A stretch of 64,000 nucleotides of DNA, from assembly GCF_018350175.1 (NCBI RefSeq), contig NC_058368.1, positions 143,036,001 through 143,100,000 of the forward strand, given 5' to 3'. Position 1 is the stretch's first letter. Each line of letters begins with the position of its first letter. A model generated the notes under the pieces. The model was not told the DNA's origin. It did no database searches and saw only the letters and a program-made list of their open reading frames with translations. This DNA is from Felis catus. Taxonomy: Eukaryota. Both the position numbers and the translations under genes were made by a program. Positions 37,284 through 49,269 of this stretch are shown in pieces.

Positions 37284-37506
37284 GGAGGTGCCTGGGTGGC
37301 TCAGTCAGTCAAGCGCCCGACTTCGGCTCAGGTCATGATCTCGCAGATGTGAGTTCGAGCCTCGCATCGGGCTCTGTGCTGACAGCTCAGAGGCTGGAGC
37401 TTTTCTTTAGATTCTGTGTCTCCCTCTCTCTCCGACCCTCCCTGCCTTGCGCTGTGTCTCTCTTTCTCTCAAAGGTAAATAAACGTTAAAAAAAAATAAT
37501 AAAAAA
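37284..37506 (+). mobile_element. CanSINE
   Basis: Full body and A tail. Confidence 0.88.
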
Positions 37507-38499
37507 CAGTATTTAAAGCTCATGAAATCATATAAAGTATGATTATGGTAAATGCTATGAAAGAAAGTTAAATGTGTTGCACTGAAAAGGTTATAATGGG
37601 GGGAGTCAGGGAAGAGTTCATGAACTAGTAACTTTATGTCCAGAACTGAGATCTGAGGATGTGATGGGAGTTAATAGGCAAAGGATGTTTGTCTATACTT
37701 CAGAACCGATGTTGCTAAGTTCAGTGATCTTAATGCTGTTAGATCTGGGATACTAGTTGTCACCCTACTTGACCCCCAAGCGGTGCTGCACAAGGTTAAT
37801 TTCTGTTATGTGAGTCCATACTTTTCCTGGTGTCCCCACTCCCTCTGGCTTGGTTTCTGTATGTTGTTCCCCCAGTTTCACAATGTTGGAATTCCTTAGG
37901 GCTCCATCATGAGCCTTTTTCTCCTGACTTCATTAGATAACCTCATTCACTCTCATGGCTATAAATATCATCTGTCAAATTTATATTTCTAGCCATGACC
38001 TTTGCAAAATCAAACTTAACGTATGTAAAATCAAATGCTTGATCTGCTCTCCTTTGAAACCAGCCAGTCCTCCATTGTTCACTTTTTGAGGAAGTGGCAG
38101 TTCCACATGAAAATTTTTTTCCCTAGTCATTCTTGATCCCTCCTTGTGGCTTGCCATTGTCCATTCATAACACTGCTAATACATTACTCAGTGTGTGCTG
38201 GGCTCTGTATTATGTGCTCTTTCATATATTTCCGCCTCTATTCAAGAGTAAAACCAAATGTTAACTTTCCTGTAGGTTAAATTTCCTGGTGATTAAAATT
38301 TTATTTTTGCTTTAGGCTATTCTTTTAATTTGTTTATTGCACCATTTAGAGAATATGGCTTGTATTATTCTACTTCTGAATTTTTTAAACAAATTTTTTG
38401 GTGGCTCATGATAGTTGATTAGTTTTTCAGAATTGTGCCAGGGATGAGTTTATATCTTTGTCTGTTTTTTTCATCATCCTAGTAAGGTGTTAATTTCTC

Positions 38500-38673
38500 A
38501 TTTAATTTTTTTAAGTTTATTTTGAAAGGGTGTGGTGCAGGGAGAGAAAGAGAGTCCCAAGCAGAATCTGCTCGGTCAGCGCGGAGCCCACTGTGGGGCT
38601 CGAACCCACAAACTGTGAGATAGGACCTGAGCCAAAGTTGGACGCTTAACCAACGGAGCTACCGAGATGACCC
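38500..38673 (-). mobile_element. CanSINE
   Basis: Diverged body. Confidence 0.82.
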
Positions 38674-39009
38674 TCACCACCCCCCCCCCCCCAATTTAAT
38701 TTTTTAAACGGTCTTTTTTCACTGTATGATAAAGCAGGATGGAGAACTCTGTCACTTGAGTGATTTTACTTTAGTGCTCATCTGGTACCTCCCTGTCCAT
38801 AATTCGATTTTCAACTCTTTGTCTTTTTGTTTTAGTTGTAACTCTTGCAAGCAGTAGTGAATTTTTGTCTGTTGCTTCTGACCAGAGATTGTTAGTAGAT
38901 AGATGGACTGATTTTTTATTTATTATCAGTCTTAACAAGTTGAGTTTTCAATTATTTTATTTATTTATGTCAGTTATAAGTATTTTGGTGGCACAAATAA
39001 TTCTTTAAA

Positions 39010-39243
39010 ATTTTTTAGCATTTATTCACCTTTGAGAGAGAGAGAGAAAGAGAGAGAGACTATGAATGGGGCAGGGGCAGAGAGAGAGACAGAGAGAGAC
39101 AGAGACAGAGACAGAATCCGAAGCAGGCTCCAGTCTCTGAGCTGTCATCACAGAGCCCGACACAGGGCTTGAACCCATGAACTGTGAGATCATGATCTGA
39201 GCCGAAGTTGGCCGCTTAACCGACTGAGCCACCCAGGCACTCC
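39010..39243 (-). mobile_element. CanSINE
   Basis: Full body with expanded GAGA(C) tract. Confidence 0.88.
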
Positions 39244-39435
39244 TAGAGGCACAGATAATTCTTAACCTGAAAATGCAACTATCATAAAGAACGTAATACA
39301 TTTCTTGCTATCTCAGCACCCAAAAATAACATCTTAACATTTGCTGTATGTCCTTTGCTTATATTTGGAGGAGGGGAAGGATGAAAAAGAAGATAAAGAG
39401 GAATGGGAAACAAATTTCTGTGTTAAATATCTTTA

Positions 39436-39623
39436 GGGGCACCTGGGTGGGTCAGTCTGTTAAGCATCCGACTCTTGGTTTCAGGTCAGGTCATGATCTC
39501 GTGGTTTGTGGGTTCAAGCTCTGCACCAGGCTCTGTGGTGACAGTGCAGAGCCTGCTTGGGATTCTTTCTCTGCTCCTCCCCTGCTCTCACTCTCTCTCA
39601 AAATAAATAAACATTTAAAAAAA
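39436..39623 (+). mobile_element. CanSINE about 180 nt upstream of the JMY exon at 39805
   Basis: ggggcacctgggtgg head; imperfect TSD aaatat(g/-)tcttta. Confidence 0.88.
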
Positions 39624-39804
39624 TATGTCTTTAACATAATGGGTTAATTGTTTTGTAAATTAATAGCTTATACTCTAGAGCAAGAAAATACAAGCATTCT
39701 TTGTTTTGGCACCAGGCACAATGCCTGATGTCTAAATATTCAGTAAATGTTTAAGGAGTGAATAAAGAAACAGACTTCTTAATTTTTCTTTTTTTCCTCT
39801 AAAG

Positions 39805-39955
39805 ATTTCTATGGAGAATGACTATCTGGGTCCCCGAAGAATTGAAAGTCTACAAAAGGAAGATGCTGATTGGCAGCGAAAAGCTCATATGGCTGTTTTG
39901 TCTATTCAGGATCTTACTGTCAAATATTTTGAAATAACAGCTAAAGCACAAAAAG
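39805..39955 (+). CDS. JMY: JMY internal coding exon (probably exon 3), 151 nt, phase 0-1
   Basis: Acceptor tttttcctctaaAG, donor AAG|GTGAGT. Encodes ISMENDYLGPRRIESLQKEDADWQRKAHMAVLSIQDLTVKYFEITAKAQK plus 1 nt. Confidence 0.95.
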
Positions 39956-40179
39956 GTGAGTTTCCTAGTAAAGTTATCCTTGTTAGATATTTTTGGAAAG
40001 GAGTGGTTTAAATATTTTATGTTTGCAGCAGGTTTGTAGAAAAGTGTATAAAGACCATTCATAGTCTTGCCATTGAAAAAGATTACTATCAAGAAATTAA
40101 GGTATATGTTTTCATTCTTTTTGGGGCATGTGTTTACATATACTCCACCTGAAAAAATAGTAATGGGGTATTATTATAG

Positions 40180-40460
40180 CATAATTCAATTCTGACTAAC
40201 AAATTACAGACCCCACAGCTTAAAGGCAGAGTTCCCAACAAGACTGCCCCCATTGAAGATACAACTTGGAATTTTAGAGGATTCCCAGGTCATCTGCACT
40301 TCTCACCAACTGCTACAAATTTGGGGGTTCATACAGCCTTTTTAGGTTTGATAATTTGTTACAATGACTCACAGAACTCAGGAAAGCACAAACAATTACC
40401 ATTTTTAAAGGATACAAATCAAGACAAGCCAAATGAAGAGATACATAGGGCAAGGTCTGT
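40180..40460 (-). mobile_element. LTR fragment, MER21-like
   Basis: attcaattctgac...gaccccacag...caagactgcccc...ggtttgataatttg...ctcacagaactcagg...gaagagatacatagggcaagg. Family assigned from memory. Confidence 0.6.
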
Positions 40461-41024
40461 CAAGGTCCATTTCTTCCCACTTCCTTCCACGGCGCCACAG
40501 AAATCCTTCAATAGCTGTTTAAAACCACTGCTATTTGCTGTTTTAATTTTTTACCTGACGTTAACACAGGTTAGCTTTTAGGTTATTCCTTCAGCAAATC
40601 CACACTTGCTTAAAAGGTTTATTTGAAGCAGTTTATTCCTTCAGAATGCCACTGTGCCAAAGGAGAATGCTTTCCTTGGTTTTTCAGAATCATTTGACAT
40701 TGTCACTAACACACATACACAAAATAGTTTGCTAGGTGAAAAATAGTATTGTGTTTTTAAATTTTGCATTTCCTTGATTATTACTAAGTTGATCTTTTTT
40801 GTTTTCATGTAATAAATGGTATTTTCATATCCTTTATTTCCAATTAGTCATACATTTGCTTATTTTTGTATGCTGTTTTTTTCTATTGATGAATAAGAGG
40901 TTCTTATATTCATTGATATTTTTATTTATGTTATATGTTAACTCAAAAGACATCTGTTATAAGTATTGCTAAATTTTAACTTTTTGTATACAAATTATAT
41001 TTGTAAACACCACCAGCTTTTATT

Positions 41025-41448
41025 TTATTTATTTTATTTATAATTATTTTTAACATTCATTTATTTTTAAGAGACAGGGCATGAGTGGGGGATGGGCAGA
41101 AAGAGAGGGAGACATGTAATCTGAAGCAAGCTCCAGGCTCTGAACCGTCAGCACAGAGCTTGATGCGGGGCTGGAAACCACGAACTGTGAGATCATGACC
41201 TGAGCCAAAGTAGGATGTTTAACTGACTGAGCCACCCAGGCGCCCCTATTTTATTTTTTTAATGTTTTTTAAATTTATTTTGAGAGAGAGATTGAGAGAG
41301 TACACATGAGTAGAGGAGAGTCAGAGAGAGAGGGAGAAAGAATTCCAAGCTGGCTCTGCGCAGGGCTCCATCTCACAAACCATGAGATCATGGCCTGAAC
41401 CGAAATCAAGGCTTGGATGCTTAACTGACTGAGCCACCCAGGCACCCC
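41025..41448 (-). mobile_element. Two tandem or nested CanSINEs
   Basis: Heads at ~41246 and ~41448. Confidence 0.87.
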
Positions 41449-41689
41449 AAAATTAATGTAATTCTGATAAGAACTGTAATATTGTAGAATTTGACAAGAG
41501 GATTTTAATATTAATGAGAAGAGTAAATGCTTTATTTTTATTTTAATATGATTGAAAAAATCGTATAGTTTGTATATCTTGCCATTTTATTTACATCTTT
41601 TGTTTTCTTCGGGAGAGTTTCATTTTTTTTTTTTTTTTAATTTAGATTCTACACAATTCTCAGTTCACTTCTGGGTGTTTTATTGAAAA

Positions 41690-42162
41690 ATTTTTTTTAA
41701 TGTTAGTTTTTGAGAGAGCAAAAGGGAGAAGGGCAGAGAGAGAGAGAAGGGCACAGAATTTGAAGCAGACTCCAGGCTCTGAGTGAGACACAGGGCTCAA
41801 ACTCAAAAACTGCAAGATCACGACCTGAGCCCAAGTCGGGTGTTCAACCAACTAAGCCACCCAGGCAGGTGCTCCTTGCCCAAAAAGATAATAAAGGAAT
41901 ATTGCCGACAACTCTGTGCATTCAAATCCAGCAAACCTGATTCAATGCAACAATTTCTTCTTCTTTTTTTTAATGTTCATTTATTTTTGAGAGACAGTGC
42001 CAGCAGGGGAGGGACAGAAAGAGAGGGAGACACAGAATCCGAAGCAGGCTCCAGACTCTGAGCTGTCAGCACAGAGCCCAACACAGGGCTTGAACCCACC
42101 AACTATGAGATCATGGCCTGGGCCAAAGTGAGATGCTTAACTGACTGAACCACACAGGACCC
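41690..42162 (-). mobile_element. Two CanSINEs (~41690-41867, ~41963-42162)
   Basis: The second has TSD core caatgcaacaattt. Confidence 0.85.
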
Positions 42163-44370
42163 GCCCCCCACCGTCCAATGCAACAATTTTTTGTAGGAAG
42201 ATAAAATTATCAATTCAAGATGAAATCAATAACCTGAATATCCCTATAACTATTAAAGAAATCGGATTTGTAGTTAAAACTTTTAGAAAAAGAATTCTCT
42301 AGGCCTAAAGAGGTACACTGGCAAATTTTTACGTTTGAATAGTAGGACCAGCTTCACACAAGATCTTCCAAAAATACAGGAGAGGAAGGAATACTTCGAA
42401 TTTATATGACTGAGATCAGCAATATCCTAAATCCTAAACTACATAAAGACGGTATTAAAAAACCCTACAGATCAGCATCCTGCATACATATTGGCAAACT
42501 TAAAGTATCGTACAAATTTTTTAAGAAATTAACCTTTGTGACCAAGTAGGATTTTTCTTGATTCAGTATTTGAACATCAATCAATGTAATCCACCAAATT
42601 GAAGGTTAAAACTGTGGTTTTTAACTAGAGATAAATGTATCACAAAAGGACATTTAGCAGTCTCTGGAGACCTTTTTGGTTGTCATAGTTACACAGGGTG
42701 TTAACTAGTATCTAGCAGAGGCCATAGATTATGTTGAACATCCTATGTTATACAGGACGGCCCAACCTACCACAAAGAATTTTGTGGCACACAATGTCAC
42801 AAGTGTTGAGGTTGAGAAGCTTTAGTCTTTCAAAAAACTCGCATGGTCAGTCATATCAATAGATGCCGAAAAAGCATTTGACAAAATAGAACATCCTGTA
42901 TGTTGAAAACACTCAGCAACCTAGGAATAGAAAAGGAAACTTCCATAACTCGATAAAAGGCATCTGCAAAAACCCTATAGCCAACATCACATTTAATGAA
43001 GGGCCGAATTGTTTCCCCCATTTTAAAATAGGTACAAAGTCAAGGATGTTTACTCTTAACACCACCCTTGTTCAACATAATATAATATTAGTTGTAATAT
43101 GGCAAGAAAAATAAAATTGTCCCCATTTTAGTTAATATTGTTTATGTCGAAAACTGTATGGAATCTATTTTTTAAAACTCTTTAAACAAGTGACTTTCTA
43201 CCAAAACATGTACAGAATTTGAATGCTTACAATTACATAACAGGTCTTTGATTTCTTTATCATAAGTAAATGGATAGACATGTTGTGTTCACATATTGGA
43301 ATATCCAACATAATAATGATCTCCGTTCTCCCCAAAGTGATGTATAGACACCTATAGTACCTATGGAAATACCAGCAGGACTTTTTCTTATAAACATAAA
43401 CCAGCTAATTGTAATGTACATGAAAGGGAATAGAGGAACTAAGATACATAAAGCAGTTTAGGAAAAAAGAAAACCACAAGCAAAATCACATTACCTGACT
43501 TTACAAATTATAGAGCTACTGTGGTATGGTATTAATGGAAGAGATAGACATGTATATCAATGGAATAGAATGGAGAATAAGAAATAAATGCACAATACGT
43601 GGACATTTACTCTTGGATAAAACAATTCAGTGGGAAACAATAAGTGGTATTGGAACACTTGGCCGTCCACTTGTAGAAACATGAACCTTGACCAAAACCT
43701 CACACCTTGTACAAAAATGAACTCAAAATAGATCTAAATGAAAACTGTGAAACTTCCAGAAGAAAACTAAGAGAAAAATCTTAGTAACCTAGAGAGTTAG
43801 GCAGAGTTTGTAGCAGTGGCACTACAAATACAAACTGTTAAAGTAATTGAGGAGTATGAACCATAAAAGAAAAAATTGATAAAATGAATTTCACCAAAGT
43901 TAGAAACTTTTACTCTGGCAGGTACTACCAAGAGAATGAAAAGATAGTATTCGAGAGAAAATATTTGCAAATAACATTTGACAAAGGACTAGTATCCAGA
44001 CTATATAAAGAACTCTTAAAACTAAACAATAAGAAAACAGTTCAGTTAATAACTGTGGAAAGGACTTGAACAGAGGATAAAGATGGCAAAGAAGCACTTA
44101 AAATATATCCAAGACTATTAGTCATTAGTATAATGCAAATTAAAACCACAATGAGATACCAATACACACCTATTAGAATGTCTAAAATAAAAAATACTGA
44201 CAATACCAAAAGCAGAAAAGGATGCAGAGTAACAAGAACCCTTCCTTTATTGCTAGTGGTAATGCAAAATTGTACAGGCAATCTGCAAAGTGAATGCAGT
44301 TCTTATGTGAGTTAAAGATATGCTTACCATATAACCCAGCAGTCCCACTCCTGAGTATTTAACTTAGAGC
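41875..44370 (+). mobile_element. Ancient L1M ORF2 fragment with nested SINE and MER20
   Basis: atagatgccgaaaaagcatttgacaaaat, and peptides DKGLVSRLYKELLKLNNKKT and [16 protein letters not shown]. Confidence 0.85.
42612..42823. mobile_element. MER20 hAT-Charlie element nested in L1
   Basis: ggacatttagcagtctctggagacctttttggttgtca...aacatcct...caggac...caaagaatt...agtgttgaggttgagaa. Confidence 0.8.
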
Positions 44371-45174
44371 ATTAAGATAATTATAAAAACTAAAATTTTA
44401 ATTTTACAAAATTAAGAGAACAGTACATTAAAACGTTAATGGTAGTTCCTTTAAATGTTTAAAGATGTCATTTCCTACTGTAAACTATATGAAATAGTTG
44501 TATGTATACTATTTGGTTTAGAGTCTGCTTTCTAGATGCACTTTTTAATATTTAAAAAAAGTTTGCATTATGCTAAAAATATATAATCATTACAGAAAAT
44601 TTAGAATATTAGAGGGGAACCCCCCCCCCACACACACATCTGTAATCCTACTGCCTCTGCAGCCACTTTGTGTGCCTATCAGTTTTTTAATATATGGTTT
44701 GTTACATAATTGCAATGATTATATGTTCTCATATATGGCCTATAGTTTGTTGGTTCTGGTTCTTTACAGTTTTGATGATTGTTCTTTATACTGTGCTTCT
44801 CCAGTTTTATCAGAACATTTTTTACATATGATTAACATCATTCTAGGATTTCAAATAATTCATCAGAGTCACTGTAGCCTTCTTTATACCTCAATTCTGG
44901 TGACTTTATCCTAGCAGGAAGCCCTTGAACCTAAACACATATTTGCTTGGACTTTTAATTTTCCTTTCATGAGTGTGTTTCCTTTCCCCTGTTAGAGAAA
45001 CGAAGTGAAGATCTCTCTTTGGCTTTATGCTGCTGAGATTAAAAGTCCTCCTTTGTTTCCAAAAAGAAGGTTAACTTTCTAATTTCTCTTTTTAGAGGAA
45101 GAGTAAAACAGCCCCTTCTTTTCTTTCTTATACAGAGCCACATGTAACCTAATTTTGATATATTCTTGCTTAGC

Positions 45175-45616
45175 TTTTTTTTTTAGTTTAGTTTTTTTTT
45201 TCTTTTTACGTTTGTTTATTTTTGAGAGAGTGAGACAGTGCACGACTGGGGGAGGGGTAGAGAGAGGAGGAGACCGAATCCGAAGCAGGTTCCAGGCTCT
45301 GTGCTGTCATCACGGAGTCCGACGTGGGGCTCGAACCTATGAACTGAGAGATCATGACCTGAGCTGAAGTCGGACGTTCAATTGACTGAGCCACCCAGGC
45401 GCCCCAAGCTTTGTGTTTAATGTTTATTTTTCTGAGAGAGAGATAGTGCAGAAGTAGGGGAGGGGCAGAGGGAGAGGGAGACACAGAATCCGAAACAGGC
45501 TCCAGGCTCTGAGCTGTCTGCACAGAGCCTGATGGTGGGGCTTGAACTCATGAACGGTGAGATCATGACCTGGGCCAAAGTCAGATGCTTAACTGACTGA
45601 GCCACCCAGGCACCCC
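45175..45616 (-). mobile_element. Two tandem CanSINEs
   Basis: Heads at ~45405 and ~45616. Confidence 0.88.
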
Positions 45617-46397
45617 AGTTTCTGCTCAGCTTTTAAAAACATCTTAAATTGGCTCATTTCTGACAAGTATACATGTTAGCACATTAAACTTTTTGTTTTC
45701 TTACAGATTTAACATGATACTTTGTGAATACCAGAACTGCATTGCCTTCAGAGCCCTTTTGTTTTTTTTACATTGACTGATCTTCGTAGACCATTATAAT
45801 AGAGTTGTTATTCTGATAATGTAAATGGTCTCCTTAGCAAGAATCTTTATTCTTGTCATCATAGGGGGAGAAGAATCTGTTGTAGAGATATCCTATACTG
45901 TTCTAGGGGTATTGCAAACATTGTACACTCACAATTTTCTTTATTACTGTCATATTTCTGAGCTGTTGGAGAATAATTCTAAATGAAGTGAGTTAACAGT
46001 GAGATGTAAGACTATGTTCTAGTCAAGGTATTAGAAGACTAAGTTATTGACTAGCTGTTGTGGTAGGTAAAACATGAGACTGAATTAGGACAGGGAGCTA
46101 CCCCTCAGACTAAAGTAGAGAGGAAGTGATGGTGCCGTGTGAAGTGGAAGAGACATTTAAGTAACTGTCATTCTCTCAATTCCCACAAAGGCTTTTAGAC
46201 TTAGGTACGATATTTCCTTTTCTAACTCAATGGAATTGAACCCAAGAACAATTAAGTTTCTTGCCAAAAGTTATGTGTCAGTTATAGGTAGAATTGGGAA
46301 TTTAACTCAAAATTATTTCACTTCAAATCCTTTTTCCTCCCTACATTGTACTATTGTATTGATCTTACGGTTGCAGAAATATTAAAATACAGTTTTA

Positions 46398-46622
46398 TTT
46401 TTTTAATTTTTTTTTCAACGTTTTTTAATTTATTTTTGGGACAGAGAAAGACAGAGTGTGAACGGGGGAGGGGCAGAGAGAGAGGGAGACACAGAATCGG
46501 AAACAGGCTCCAGGCTCCGAGCCATCAGCCCAGAGCCTGACGCGGGGCTCGAACTCACGGACCGCGAGATCGTGACCTGGCTGAAGTCAGACGCTTAACC
46601 GACTGCGCCACCCAGGCGCCCC
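46398..46622 (-). mobile_element. Young SINEC_Fc
   Basis: Perfect TSD taaaatacagtttta; CpGs intact. Confidence 0.95.
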
Positions 46623-47673
46623 TAAAATACAGTTTTAAAAGATGGGCAGAAATTTAAAAATTGCAGAATCATTTGTTCAGCCAACATGAATAGATTTTAC
46701 TTGTTCGCCTAAAACTGAGATTCAGAGCAAAGTTATGCACTAAAAATTTCTTATCTAATAGGAACTCAAAAGATAGTTTTTAATTGTAATTTGATAAAGA
46801 GCAGTGTTTTGTTTTGTTTTTTTTAATTGAAATAATCACCAGAAACAATTAAAAGCATTGGGCATTGAGACTAGGGGGTAGGGAAGAGCTGAGCCTGAGA
46901 AACTGCTCTTGTTAGTTATAACCCTGCCTGTAAAGTTTTAAGTTTTACGTATATACTTGTGTTACTGGAAAAAACATTTTTTTAAGATTTCATAAAACTC
47001 TGAGGCAAAGATTACTGAGATATACTTCCTTGCACAAGATGGTTAGGACACAGTGGTAGTACAAAATTAATTATTTACCTCTGGACATATAAAAGATACT
47101 ACTAATCAGTGTGTACTGACTTAAAGATGATGTTCAGTACTAATCACATCGCCTACCTCTTTTATAACGAGTGTATCTCTGACCTGTTAAAGTGGGTGGG
47201 CATAAGGATGGTTTTATTGCGTAAGGACCCAGGATAAGCCACTACTGTACTATATTATTAGTGATAAACTTCTTTAACTAGAAGATACTAGCTGTTTGAT
47301 GTCAAGAAGTATCTCTTGACACAGGGCTCTGTTGTTGTAAATAAAAACTTCTTTTTTCTTTTTGGGGGAGGTGGAAGATGAAACTAGATGTTTTCTTTGA
47401 GTCTTGATTGTGCCGTTCCAGCTCTAACTTCTGAGTAAGCTCCGTGGTAACATCTAGGATTTGTTTTTTGCTCCATCAGATCATTGTATTTTTGGAGGAC
47501 TCAGAATGATCAAATTTAACACATGGATTTAAATAAATAATCTTAAATAGTTATGACTGATTTCAATTAGCATGCCCAGGAAAAAGTATAAACCTTTGTA
47601 GAATAAAGTATAAAAACTTAGAATTTAATGACACTTAACATATGGAAGAATATTCTTAAAAGTTTGAAAATCA

Positions 47674-47870
47674 GGGTCCCCAAGTGGCACATTGGGTTAA
47701 GTGTCCGACTCTTGATTTCTGCTCAGGTCATTATCTCAACAGTTCATGGGATTGAGCCCCATACCCAGTTCCCTGCTGACAGTGCAGCACCTGCTTGGGA
47801 TTAATATTCTCTCCTCTTCTCTCCCCCCGCTTCCCCTGCTTTTGTGTGCTTACTCTCTCTCAAAATACAT
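47674..47870 (+). mobile_element. CanSINE upstream of the JMY exon at 48129
   Basis: Diverged full body. Confidence 0.82.
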
Positions 47871-48128
47871 ATTTTCAACAAAAGTCTTAAAATCTGACAA
47901 ATCAGTTTTATCTTCAGAAATTTCTGAGGATGATTATTTAGATTTCTTAGTGATGATTTTAGAATCTAAGATACAGTTGAGTTGTGTTTTAGAGCCGCTA
48001 TATAGGAAACCTAAGGGAGTAGGATTTGTATGTTTAAGTGTGTGGTTAGTGAAATCTGAAACTTTCAAATTGTTTAGTATCAAGTTGTCTTACGTCTTAA
48101 TGTCTCTTTAAAAAATTATTATTAATAG

Positions 48129-48298
48129 CTGTGTACGATCGAATGCGAGCAGATCAGAAGAAATTTGGTAAAGCATCATGGGCAGCAGCTGCAGAACGAA
48201 TGGAAAAGCTCCAGTATGCTGTTTCTAAGGAGACTTTGCAGATGATGAGAGCAAAAGAGATCTGTTTGGAACAGAGGAAACATGCACTAAAAGAAGAG
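48129..48298 (+). CDS. JMY: JMY internal coding exon (probably exon 4), 170 nt, phase 1-0
   Basis: Acceptor attaatAG, donor GAG|GTAAC. G+CT completes an Ala codon, then VYDRMRADQKKFGKASWAAAAERMEKLQYAVSKETLQMMRAKEICLEQRKHALKEE. Confidence 0.95.
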
Positions 48299-48601
48299 GT
48301 AACAAAAACCATCAGAAAAATATATAATATTTGAAGATAAGATTTGCTATTTCATTTTTGTATTTGTACAGGACTGGCATTTTCTGACTCTGTAGGCAGT
48401 TAATTTTGCAGTGTTTCCATGAGATGATACTCAAGATGGGGGCCTCTGATTTGAGTTGGCCACTAGTAAGAGACGTATAAGGTATTGTCATAAGCGTCGC
48501 AATGTGACTGTAGGCAGCAGTACACTATTTAAAAAGTTGACATTAGAATTTCATTGTCTTTTAAATGTTTTGTACTGTAAGGTTCAAAGGTCTGACAGTT
48601 A

Positions 48602-48804
48602 TTTTTTAAAATCTTCTAAAAAGGTTTGTTTGTTTAGAGAGACAGAGACCTTGCAACTGGGGTAGGAGAGAGATGGAGACGATCCCAAGCAGGCTTGGTG
48701 CTGCCAACACACAGCCTGACATGGGGGGTTGAACTCGTGAAACCGTGAGATTGTGACCTGAGGTAAAACCAAGAGTCGGATGCTTAACCGCCACCAGACA
48801 CCCC
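48602..48804 (-). mobile_element. CanSINE downstream of the JMY exon at 48129
   Basis: Imperfect TSD core tctgaca(g/a)ttattt. Confidence 0.85.
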
Positions 48805-49269
48805 TTAAAGCTCTGACAATTATTTAAAAAGTTGCACTGCCCAGAGCAATAAAGAAAAATCCTAATTCAGAACCATTACCTTTTGGAGTTTCCCATTTTA
48901 TTACTGAACACAAAACAGGTTCAACAGAGGTCCGTTTTCTTGACTGTACTTAATTTAAGACCTCTTCATGAACCCTCCCCACCCCCCCCAAAAAAGACTA
49001 GTTTTACAAATCCTTGAAAAGGTTGCTGATAGACGTATTTAAAATTTATCTAAATGATCTTTTAAAATTTACTTTTTCATCATCGTCCTGTTCATCAGTG
49101 GTTTTAGTATCCTCATACTGTCCAGTGCAATGTGGAATAACCACCCCCCCAGTCTTGCTTGACAATATTGAAACCATTAATTATACTATTTTTTATTTCC
49201 TCTGAGGCCATTATCTTTAAACACTGTTAAACACTTCATTATTAAATTTGACCAGAACAGATGGCCTTT

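Larger units (their letters stand above)
36700..38215. mobile_element. Decayed L2 fragments with a nested SINE
   Basis: L2-like motifs ctcattcactctcatggctataaatatcatct and tgtgcctggcattgtgctag. Boundaries are approximate. Confidence 0.5.
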
